DNA from: Eledone cirrhosa
Lineage: Eukaryota
Length of the DNA stretch: 64,000 bases
NCBI GenBank assembly: GCA_964016885.1
Contig: OZ024741.1
Coordinates: 21,886,001-21,950,000 of the forward strand
Direction: 5' to 3'
Made by a program: the position numbers and the translations under genes. Position 1 is the first letter of the stretch. Each line of letters opens with the position of its first letter. Below are positions 53,293 to 64,000 of this stretch, one piece after another. The notes beneath the pieces were generated by a model. That model saw nothing but the letters and a program-made list of their open reading frames with translations. It did no database searches and was not told the DNA's origin.

Positions 53293-53803
53293 TAACTGCA
53301 TATACACATGTACAGATACAAAGCATATACACATGCACACATACAACTCAAAACATACACATCCACACATACAATAACATCCATATCTACCTACACATGC
53401 ATGCATACATACATATCTACCTAGTTGATGTTGTGTAAATTCCAATGAGAGAGTCTTGTGTCTATGTTAGAAACCGACTCTTTCTCTATTAGTAAAACTT
53501 TGTGAAATTATAAAACCAGAAGAACATACATACATACATACATATGGCGTGAGAGACTCTTCATTAAATTTAATATAGAAACTATCTCCCAAAGTTAATA
53601 CTACAACTATCAGTCTTGTTAAATAGTTGAATATTCTTTTATTACATTCATTGAAGTTTTTATTCCAAATCGTAGAAATATCCGCCTCAAAGTTGGAATC
53701 ACCAAACAAGGATCTGCTACAAACAGCTTGACTCAACAACAACAGCAGTAGCTGATGTTGTCTAAATTCCAATGAATAAGTTGTTTCTGTGTTAAGAAAC
53801 CGG

Positions 53804-53845
<42 letters not shown>

Positions 53846-54203
53846 CTCTCTCTCTCTCACACACACACTCACACATACTCTCCTTCTTACACACATATAT
53901 ACCCTCTCTCTCACACACACTATCTCTCTTCTTTACATCCACACCCCTCTCTCTCTCATACAAACACACTCTCTCTCTCACACAACACACACGCACACTC
54001 ACTCTTTCACACACACTCTCTTTCTCTCTCTCTCTTTCTCTCTCTCACAAACACATGCTGTTACTCTTTCACACGCACACACACACACAGATACACACAC
54101 ACTCTTTCTGTCTCTCTCACACACACTCGTTTTCTCTCTCTCAATCACATACTCGCTCTCTCTCTCAACCACAGACACACTCTCTGTCTCTCACGCACAC
54201 ACA

Positions 54204-54245
<42 letters not shown>

Positions 54246-54375
54246 CTCTCACACACACTCTCTCTCACACACACATTCGCTCTCTCACACACACAAACTC
54301 TCTCTCACACACACACTCTCTCTCTCACACACACACACTCACTCTCTCTCTATCTTTCACACACACAAACTCTCT
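53804..54375. repeat. (TTTC)n and (CT/CA)n microsatellites
   Basis: Direct reading. Confidence 0.9.
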
Positions 54376-54680
54376 ATTGGTAATAAATTAATCAATAAAA
54401 TAATATATGATCTTCTTCTTATCTAGAGGTGTCTTAGATTGCAGTTAATGGCGCCAGTGTTTTCCGCCATCTTTGATACTATAGAGAGCAGTCACATATT
54501 AGTAGAACCAATTGGTTAAACGATGTCACGTGATGTCTTTGGTCGTGTGTGGAGGAATAGAAGAGTTCTGTTGGAAAGAAAGGAGGGAGGGAGAGCCGGA
54601 GAGGTCCTGCTCTGAATGGTTGGGTTCCATTAACGTCATACGAGCACCAAGTGCTGATGTTAAAACAGATGACGAATTAA

Positions 54681-55083
54681 CCCTTTACCATTTCCATTAC
54701 TCTATATTTACTATTGCGGTGGTTTGGCGGTATCGGTAGAGCGTCAGACACCATACTTTGCAGCATAGAGTTATGGCCCTTTGTGTTCTGAGTTCAAATC
54801 CACCAAGGTTAACTTTGCCTTTCATCCTTAGGAGGTCGATAAAATAAAGTACCAGCGATGCACTGGGGTAATCGCTGGCCTTGTGCCAAAAGTAGAAACT
54901 TATATTTACTATTGTATTTTTGTGGTAAAAGTTTTATCTCACATAATATCGAATCTATGAGATTTTGATATTTATTTTGTAAACAATACCTTAACATAAG
55001 TATGAGTGGCCAGTTAGGGCCGGTTTGAACAGAGAGAAGTGAGAGAATTCTGGCCGGATATATCCGGCTTAAATGCTAAAGGG
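54681..55083. mobile_element. piggyBac-like (TTAA) MITE containing a SINE
   Basis: TTAA|CCCTTTACCATTT ... AAATGCTAAAGGG|TTAA: 12/13-bp TIR with TTAA TSD. Confidence 0.78.
54716..54900 (+). mobile_element. tRNA-derived SINE
   Basis: A box tggcggtatcgg, B box gagttcaaatcc and the shared body. Confidence 0.85.
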
Positions 55084-55324
55084 TTAAGTCTATCATCTCT
55101 TTGCTCAAGTATTTACTACCTTAGTGTTATTATCCTCTGAGGATTGCTGAAGTATAGATAAACTCTCCACAACCTCGTCCTATCTCTCGCTTTTTCAATA
55201 AACTTCTAAAGAAGAGGCAGACATCATTAGCTTCATGCTAATCTGAAGAAACCATTTTGTTTTCAATGTTACAATATCAATTAGAATATCCCAAGAAAGA
55301 ATCGCTGGATAGATTTTACGAGCA

Positions 55325-55472
55325 AAACTAATCGATAGGAGACCCAGGGGTAGACCTCAAGCAAGATGGTTGGATACCATCCATGAGATTGGTTAGTCTT
55401 GCTTGGGGATCCAGTCAGATCAGTTCGAAACGGTTGCTTCTGACAGAACCTGCTGGAAGGAGTGTTTGAGGA
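55325..55472 (+). pseudogene. RTE-type LINE C-terminal fragment
   Basis: RRPRGRPQARWLDTI...ASDRTCWKECLR. Confidence 0.6.
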
Positions 55473-55480
55473 CCCCCCCC

Positions 55481-55724
55481 CTGTCTGAGATGGTTTACGA
55501 GGAGCCTAGCTTGATCTGCCTGTGATGGTTTACGAGGAGGCTAGCTTGATCTGTCTGAGATGGTTTACGAGGAGGCTAGCTTGATCTGTCTGTGATGGTT
55601 TACGAGGAGGCTAGCTTGATCTGCCTGTGATGGTTTACGAGGAGGCTAGCTTGATCTGCCTATGATGGTTTACGAGGAGCCTAGCTTGATCTGCCTGTGA
55701 TGGTTTACGAGGAGGCTAGCTTGA
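55481..55724. repeat. 35-bp minisatellite, ~7 copies
   Basis: gatggtttacgaggaggctagcttgatctgcctgt at 55489, 55524, 55559 ... 55699. Confidence 0.95.
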
Positions 55725-55800
55725 ATACATTTAGGGATTGTTTTAATAGTGGAAGGAATCGAGAGTCGTGAGTCAGTAAACTTACGTTTAATGTTTAGCA

Positions 55801-55803
55801 ATG
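55801..55803 (+). CDS. Candidate start codon at an exon end (ATG|GTAAGT) of a host gene
   Basis: gcaATG|gtaagt with in-frame upstream stops; phase 0 matches the acceptor at 56370. Confidence 0.45.
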
Positions 55804-56058
55804 GTAAGTGACGTAGTTAGGGTTTTAAACCAGTAAACTCAGTTCTATAAAATTGAGAGCCCTTCTATTGGTATGAAGAGGTAGATTAAAGCAGTGGCTT
55901 GTCCAAAATCTTAGTGACACCAATGACAGACCGGCTCGGTCATACGGCTTTTCTATTTAGATACAGAAAGAAAAAAAACTAGAAAATAAAAACAATCCGA
56001 ACGAAGTAGATTGTAATAAACACTAGATGTAGATAGTAATGTAGATATCTCATGAATA

Positions 56059-56248
56059 ATTGATTCTACTTTTGGCACAAGGCCAGCAATTACCCAGTGC
56101 ATTACTGGTACTTTATTTTATTGACCCTGTAAGGATAAAAGGCAAAGTTAACCTCGGCGGGATTTGAACTCAGAATGGCAAGGGCCGTAACTCTATGCGT
56201 CAAAGCATGGTGTCCGACCCTCTACCGATACTGCCAACCCACCGCCCT
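56059..56248 (-). mobile_element. tRNA-derived SINE
   Basis: Closely similar to 51071-51257. Confidence 0.85.
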
Positions 56249-56365
56249 CATCTCATAAATAATATGGTTCTTTTTAGACTTCTTTTATTTTCAACAATTA
56301 AGATAAACTGCAATTTTCAAAGATTGCATCAAGAATGAGGACAAGTTGTATTTAATTTCTGCTTT

Positions 56366-59300
56366 TATAGCCAGTATATGGAGGTAATATAGCCAGTATA
56401 TGGAGGTAATATAGCCAGTATATGGAGGTAATATAGCCAGTATATGGAGGTAATATAGCAGGTATATGGAGGTAATATAGCCAGTATATGGAGGTGATAT
56501 AGCCAGTATAAGGAGGTAATATAGCAAGTATATGGGGGTAATATAGCCAGTATATGGAGGTAATATAGCCAGTATATGGAGGTAATATAGCCAGTATATG
56601 GAGGTAATATAGCAGGTATATGGAGGTAATATAGCCAGTATATGGAGGTAATATAGCAGGTATATGGAGGTAATATAGCCAGTATATGGGGGTAATATAG
56701 CCAGTATATGGAGGTAATATAGCAGGTATATGGAGGTAATATAGCCAGTATATGGAGGTAATATAGCCAGTATATGGAGGTAATATAGCCAGTATATGGA
56801 GGTAATATAGCCAGTATATGGAGGTAATATAGCCAGTATATGGAGGTAATATAGCCAGTATATGGAGGTAATATAGCCAGTATATGGAGGTAATATAGCC
56901 AGTATATGGAGGTAATATAGCCAGTATATGGAGGTAATATAGCCAGTATATGGGGGTAATATAGCCAGTATATGGAGGTAATATAGCCAGTATATGGAGG
57001 TAATATAGCCAGTATATGGGGGTAATATAGCCAGTATATGGGGGTAATATAGCAAGTATATGGAGGTAATATAGCAAGTATATGGAGGTAATATAGCCAG
57101 TATATGGAGGTAATATAGCCAGTATATGGAGGTAATATAGCCAGTATATGGAGGTAATATAGCCAGTATATGGAGGTAATATAGCCAGTATATGGAGGTA
57201 ATATAGCCAGTATATGGAGGTAATATAGCCAGTATATGGAGGTAATATAGCAGGTATATGGAGGTAATATAGCCAGTATATGGAGGTAATATAGCCAGTA
57301 TATGGAGGTAATATAGCCAGTATATGGAGGTAATATAGCCAGTATATGGAGGTAATATAGCCAGTATATGGAGGTAATATAGCCAGTATATGGAGGTAAT
57401 ATAGCAGGTATATGGAGGTAATATAGCCAGTATATGGAGGTAATATAGCAGGTATATGGAGGTAATATAGCCAGTATATGGAGGTAATATAGCAGGTATA
57501 TGGAGGTAATATAGCCAGTATATGGAGGTAATATAGCCAGTATATGGAGGTAATATAGCCAGTATATGGGGGTAATATAGCCAGTATATGGAGGTAATAT
57601 AGCAGGTATATGGGGGTAATATAGCCAGTATATGGAGGTAATATAGCAGGTATATGGAGGTAATATAGCCAGTATATGGGGGTAATATAGCCAGTATATG
57701 GAGGTAATATAGCCAGTATATGGAGGTAATATAGCAGGTATATGGAGGTAATATAGCCAGTATATGGGGGTAATATAGCAAGTATATGGAGGTAATATAG
57801 CCAGTATATGGAGGTAATATAGCCAGTATATGGGGGTAATATAGCCAGTATATGGAGGTAATATAGCCAGTATATGGAGGTAATATAGCCAGTATATGGA
57901 GGTAATATAGCCAGTATATGGAGGTAATATAGCCAGTATATGGAGGTAATATAGCAGGTATATGGAGGTAATATAGCCAGTATATGGAGGTAATATAGCA
58001 GGTATATGGAGGTAATATAGCCAGTATATGGAGGTAATATAGCAAGTATATGGAGGTAATATAGCCAGTATATGGAGGTAATATAGCCAGTATATGGAGG
58101 TAATATAGCAGGTATATGGAGGTAATATAGCAGGTATATGGAGGTAATATAGCCAGTATATGGAGGTAATATAGCCAGTATATGGAGGTAATATAGCAGG
58201 TATATGGAGGTAATATAGCCAGTATATGGAGGTAATATAGCAGGTATATGGAGGTAATATAGCAGGTATATGGAGGTAATATAGCCAGTATATGGAGGTA
58301 ATATAGCAGGTATATGGAGGTAATATAGCAGATATATGGAGGTAATATAGCCAGTATATGGAGGTAATATAGCCAGTATATGGAGGTAATATAGCAGGTA
58401 TATGGAGGTAATATAGCCAGTATATGGAGGTAATATAGCAGGTATATGGAGGTAATATAGCCAGTATATGGAGGTAATATAGCCAGTATATGGAGGTAAT
58501 ATAGTAGGTATATGGAGGTAATATAGCCAGTATATGGAGGTAATATAGCAGGTATATGGAGGTAATATAGCCAGTATATGGAGGTAATATAGCAGGTATA
58601 TGGAGGTAATATAGCAGGTATATGGAGGTAATATAGCCAGTATATGGAGGTAATATAGCCAGTATATGGGGGTAATATAGCCAGTATATGGAGGTAATAT
58701 AGCAGGTATATGGAGGTAATATAGCCAGTATATGGAGGTAATATAGCAGGTATATGGAGGTAATATAGCCAGTATATGGAGGTAATATAGCCAGTATATG
58801 GGGGTAATATAGCCAGTATATGGAGGTAATATAGCAGGTATATGGAGGTAATATAGCCAGTATATGGAGGTAATATAGCAGGTATATGAAGGTAATATAG
58901 CCAGTATATGGAGGTAATATAGCCAGTATATGGAGGTAATATAGCCAGTATATGGAGGTAATATAGCCAGTATATGGAGGTAATATAGCAGGTATATGGA
59001 GGTAATATAGCCAGTATATGGAGGTAATATAGCAGGTATATGGAGGTAATATAGCCAGTATATGGAGGTAATATAGCCAGTATATGGAGGTAATATAGCA
59101 GGTATATGGGGGTAATATAGCCAGTATATGGAGGTAATATAGCAGGTATATGGGAGGTAATATAGCCAGTATATGGAGGTAATATAGCCAGTATATGGAG
59201 GTAATATAGCCAGTATATGGAGGTAATAGAGCCAGTATATGGAGGTAATATAGCCAGTATATGGAGGTAATATAGCAGGTATATGGAGGTAATATAGCAG

Positions 59301-61601
59301 GTATATGGAGGTAATATAGCCAGTATATGGAGGTAATATAGCAGGTATATGGAGGTAATATAGCCAGTATATGGAGGTAATATAGCAGGTATATGGAGGT
59401 AATATAGCCAGTATATGGGGGTAATATAACCAGTATATGGAGGTAATATAGCCAGTATATGGGGGTAATATAGCCAGTATATTGGGGTAATATAGCCAGT
59501 ATATGGGGGTAATATAGCCAGTATATGGAGGTAATATAGCCAGTATATGGAGGTAATATAGCCAGTATATGGAGGTAATATAGCAGGTATATGGAGGTAA
59601 TATAGCAGGTATATGGAGGTAATATAGCAGGTATATGGAGGTAATATAGCCAGTATATGGAGGTAATATAGCAAGTATATGGGGGTAATATAGCCAGTAT
59701 ATGGAGGTAATATAGCCAGTATATGGAGGTAATATAGCAGGTATATGGAGGTAATATAGCCAGTATATGGGGGGTAATATAGCCAGTATATGGAGGTAAT
59801 ATAGCCAGTATATGGGGGTAATATAGCCAGTATATGGGGGTAATATAGCCAGTATATGGAGGTAATATAGCAAGTATATGGAGGTAATATAGCAGGTATA
59901 TGGAGGTAATATAGCAGGTATATGGAGGTAATATAGCAGGTATATGGAGGTAATATAGCCAGTATATGGAGGTAATATAGCAAGTATATGGGGGTAATAT
60001 AGCCAGTATATGGAGGTAATATAGCAAGTATATGGAGGTAATATAGCAAGTATATGGAGGTAATATAGCAAGTATATGGAGGTAATATAGCCAGTATATG
60101 GAGGTAATATAGCCAGTATATGGAGGTAATATAGCAAGTATATGGAGGTAATATAGCAAGTATATGGAGGTAATATAGCCAGTATATGGAGGTAATATAG
60201 CCAGTATATGGAGGTAATAGAGCCAGTATATGGAGGTAATATAGCAAGTATATGGAGGTAATATAGCCAGTATATGGAGGTAATATAGCCAGTATATGGA
60301 GGTAATATAGCCAGTATATGGAGGTAATATAGCCAGTATATGGAGGTAATATAGCAGGTATATGGAGGTAATATAGCAAGTATATGGAGGTAATATAGCA
60401 GGTATATGGAGGTAATATAGCAGGTATATGGAGGTAATATAGCCAGTATATGGAGGTAATATAGCCAGTATATGGAGGTAATATAGCCAGTATATGGGGG
60501 TAATATAGCCAGTATATGGAGGTAATATAGCAGGTATATGGAGGTAATATAGCCAGTATATGGAGGTAATATAGCAGGTATATGGAGGTAATATAGCCAG
60601 TATATGGAGGTAATATAGCAGGTATATGGAGGTAATATAGCAGGTATATGGAGGTAATATAGCCAGTATATGGAGGTAATATAGCAGGTATATGGGGGTA
60701 ATATAGCCAGTATATGGAGGTAATATAGCCAGTATATGGAGGTAATATAGCCAGTATATGGAGGTAATATAGCCAGTATATGGAGGTAATATAGCAGGTA
60801 TATGGAGGTAATATAGCCAGTATATGGAGGTAATATAGCCAGTATATGGAGGTAATATAGCAAGTATATGGAGGTAATATAGCAGGTATATGGAGGTAAT
60901 ATAGCCAGTATATGGGGGTAATATAACCAGTATATGGAGGTAATATAGCCAGTATATGGGGGTAATATAGCCAGTATATTGGGGTAATATAGCAGGTATA
61001 TGGAGGTAATATAGCCAGTATATGGGGATAATATAGCCAGTATATGGAGGTAATATAGCAAGTATATGGGGGTAATATAGCCAGTATATGGAGGTAATAT
61101 AGCCAGTATATGGAGGTAATATAGCAGGTATATGGAGGTAATATAGCCAGTATATGGGGATAATATAGCCAGTATATGGAGGTAATATAGCAAGTATATG
61201 GGGGTAATATAGCCAGTATATGGAGGTAATATAGCCAGTATATGGAGGTAATATAGCCAGTATATGGAGGTAATATAGCAGGTATATGGAGGTAATATAG
61301 CCAGTATATGGAGGTAATATAGCAGGTATATGGGGGTAATATAGCCAGTATATGGAGGTAATATAGCCAGTATATGGAGGTAATATAGCCAGTATATGGA
61401 GGTAATATAGCCAGTATATGGAGGTAATATAGCAGGTATATGGAGGTAATATAGCAGGTATATGGAGGTAATATAGCCAGTATATGGAGGTAATATAGCC
61501 AGTATATGGAGGTAATATAGCAGGTATATGGAGGTAATATAGCAGGTATATGGAGGTAATATAGCCAGTATATGGGGGTAATATAGCCAGTATATGGAGG
61601 T
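56366..61601. repeat. 22-bp minisatellite, ~238 units (ccagtatatggaggtaatatag) with variant units
   Basis: Direct reading; variants ccag/caag/cagg and ggagg/ggggg. Confidence 0.98.
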
Positions 61602-61713
61602 GTTTATCCCCACCTCCGAGTTGTAATGCATGTAATTGAAAAAAAACTGCATTATTTATGGGATGAACCAGTAGATGGTCTAATGACATGGTATGGTCCC
61701 TTAACTCCTGAAG
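61587..61713 (+). CDS. Candidate host coding exon starting in the last satellite unit
   Basis: Open frame PVYGGVYPHLRVVMHVIEKKLHYLWDEPVDGLMTWYGPLTPE; donor candidates AAG|GTAGGG (61714) or ATG|GTATGG (61691). Confidence 0.45.
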
Positions 61714-61859
61714 GTAGGGGCACCATACTGACAGTGTTTCTAGGGTATTTCTAAACATTGTGGAGCCTATTTCCTCTCTAAACCTGAATACAGCAGATTT
61801 CTTCCAGAATAGGATAGAGAGAATGAGAGAATAGAAGTGAGAAAGAGATAGAGGGGAAG

Positions 61860-62327
61860 AATCGACCCCAGTACTAGACTGGTACTTTTTTTATCGACCT
61901 CAAAAGGATGAAAAGCAAAGTTGACCTCGGCGGGATTTGAACTCAGGGAGCAGAGAGCCGAAACAAACACCACAAATTATTCTATCTGACGTTCTAACGA
62001 CTCTGTCAATTTACCACCTAAGATAGTTTAATCATCATCATCATCATAGTCCCATAACTCCTGATGGAGTCGTAGGGGCGCCATATTGAAATACGACGTT
62101 CCAAGGACATTGTATAACCTGAGAAGTTATAGAGGGTGAGAGACTGGAAGTGAGAGATATTAGAAGAATCCTTCCCAGTACTAGACTGCTACTTTTTTAT
62201 CGACCTCGAATTGATGAAAAGCAAAGTTGACCTCGGTGGGATTTGAACTCAGAGACCAGAAAGCCGAAACAAATACCGCAAAGGATTCTATCCGACATTC
62301 TAACGACTCTACCAACTTTCCGCCTTA
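61860..62327 (-). mobile_element. Two diverged SINE copies (61860-62020, 62167-62327) within an old ~350-bp tandem duplication
   Basis: cagtactagactg.tac..tttatcgacctc...gatttgaactcag occurs twice, with similar upstream flanks. Confidence 0.75.
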
Positions 62328-62510
62328 GATAGTTTAATAGCAATGATTAAAAAGGCAAAAATCAAACGAAATATGATTAAATAGTTAAAATACTCGGTCG
62401 TTTATAGCCATACTAATGAAACAGTTATGTAAATATACAGTGATAAGCAAGCGATTACAGAGTTAAGCAGTTGTAACTAGACGATCATAGACGGCAACAT
62501 ACAACATTAG

Positions 62511-62764
62511 CCCCTTAGATAACAAACCACCTGAAACCGCCCTGGATTTATGATACAAAACTACTCATGTTAAAATGTTTATCTTTATATTAAAACATTT
62601 TATCATAATTTTATTTTAGAAATTTTTCTGAAGTAATATTCTAAATATCCCCTTACTAATGAAAACTTAATTATATTATTAAATTCTGTCTAATGTTTAG
62701 TTATTTTCAAAATTAATTGAAGCATATAAACATTGTATTTCATTAGCAAGAAGTAATGAAAGGG
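62511..62764. mobile_element. Degenerate TTAA-type MITE
   Basis: ttag|ccccttagataac ... gtaatgaaaggg|ttaa. Confidence 0.45.
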
Positions 62765-62914
62765 TTAAACTTAGGATAACATTCTTGTATAATATCTACA
62801 GCAGGATATTTGGTTAATTTATGAAGTTGAAGTTGGAAATGTGTAGAATCGAAGGAACATTATGTATAATGTATTTTGGTCCAACTCTCCCGCTTATTCA
62901 ATGTATGTATGTAT

Positions 62915-63450
62915 GTAAACTGGCAACCCCACCAAGGTTTCTTGGTGAGGAGGGTGACTTTGGACATCCTGCAGGACTAAAAACAAAACCTGTCAAAGGG
63001 CAAAGGAGCTCTTAAGAGTCAATGGCCATCCAAAATCACCGGGAGAGATGACCCCTTAGCCTTTGTCAAGGCAGAATTCTAGGTGAAGGAAAACTCTGAT
63101 ATAACACCTGCAACCCTGATGGTATCCAATGATGTTGACTTGTTCTTCTTTTTGGTAAATATCATCTTGGTTAAGAGTGTGGGACTGGCTTTGTGCAGTG
63201 CCTTTGCTCACTATAAAAGCTTCACGGCACAGGCATTGCTTTATATCTGGAGATCTCTCTGCACTTGTCGTCACATGGTACCATGGGCCCAGCACTATGT
63301 GTCAACAATTGTCACAAGTGTAGTGTTTGTACCAGAGTTTTCAAGTCGCTGGCTGGACTAAAAAGTCACACTCGTTCAGCGCATCGGTAGGGATTCTCCT
63401 ACATGGATATAAAGTAGTGGCCGTACTCGAAAACGAGTTGGCAGCCACCA
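62915..63450 (+). mobile_element. Non-autonomous RTE-derived element ending in a C2H2-finger remnant and (ATGT)n
   Basis: 63301-63390 translates VNNCHKCSVCTRVFKSLAGLKSHTRSAHR*; the 5' part is homologous to 49600-49720. Confidence 0.65.
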
Positions 63451-63480
63451 TGTATGTATGTATGTATGTATGTAAGTTTG

Positions 63481-63892
63481 TTCTTCTGGTTTTATAATTT
63501 CACAAATTTTTACCAATAGAGAGTCAATTTCTTACATAGACACAAGACTCTCTTATTGGGATTTACACAACATCAACTAGGTAGATATGTATGTATGTGT
63601 GGATGTGTGCATGTGTAGATATGGATGTTATTGTATGTGTGGATGTGTATGTTTTGAGTGTATGTGTGCATGTGTATACGCTTTGTATCTGTACATGTGT
63701 ATATGCAGTTATTAGATGCACAATTTTTGGAATGTTTTACATATTTTTACTGTTCCATAAATGGATTGTACTTGTAATTTCGTAACTAGTTGTGTTCTTT
63801 CTGTTCCTGTGAAGCCCAGCTTCTCAAGATTTGTATTGAGGCAGTTACTAACATATCCCAGTGCCCCAATAATCACAGGCATAAATCTGAAA

Positions 63893-63893
<1 letters not shown>
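63481..63893 (-). mobile_element. 5'-truncated 3' end of the R4-like element
   Basis: Reverse complement of ~53110-53524; ends next to (CATA)n. Confidence 0.88.
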
Positions 63894-63944
<51 letters not shown>

Positions 63945-64000
63945 CACAAGAATCAAAGCTATGTTCAAAGCATAGCTTTGATCCTTGTGAATTCTATATA

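Larger units (their letters stand above)
50289..53524 (+). mobile_element. R4/Dong-like non-LTR retrotransposon (RT plus restriction-like endonuclease), internally deleted, flanked by (CATA)n
   Basis: WLDYRKAFDSVPHSW, GIFQEDSLS, FVDDLKLY, YRYLG, GGRGL, CRLC...ITHVIRSC, RHD, NRPDIMIWD...VEISCP. Confidence 0.88.

Noticed and set aside
54440-54540. Promoter or gene start (minus-strand aagATGGCG, CCAAT, gtcacgtga)
   Set aside because: The motifs are short and the ORF closes after 15 codons with no donor; insufficient support.
56366-61601. CRISPR-like array
   Set aside because: Contiguous tandem units with no unique spacers, no cas genes and a eukaryotic context.
56291-61758. Three giant minus-strand ORFs (1362-1797 aa)
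   Set aside because: The reverse complement of the 22-bp unit has no stop in any frame, so all three frames are open by construction; this is not evidence of coding.

Overview
Repeat-dense eukaryotic (animal) DNA. The tRNA-derived SINEs, TTAA-MITEs and extreme microsatellite load look cephalopod/octopus-like, which is an inference. About 35 kb (12.5-47.4 kb) is a nest of Tx1-clade (L1 group) non-LTR retrotransposons from about 7 subfamilies. They are chained head-to-tail through (TATC)n tracts in two convergent arrays, with five full-length copies. All full-length copies keep a 5' splice donor at the end of ORF1, and all copies covering the ORF2 stop have that TAG coinciding with a YAG|GT acceptor. 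This suggests ORF2 sits entirely inside an intron. The window also holds a degenerate RTE LINE with a PHD-like finger, an R4/Dong-like RLE LINE flanked by (CATA)n, Penelope-like remnants and other short elements with minimal hammerhead ribozymes, foldback elements, a non-autonomous Helitron and a mariner foldback. A 5.2-kb, 22-bp minisatellite appears to have grown out of the 3' splice site of a putative host exon. Host-gene evidence is limited to a few candidate exons. Most ORFs in the track are artefacts of repeats.
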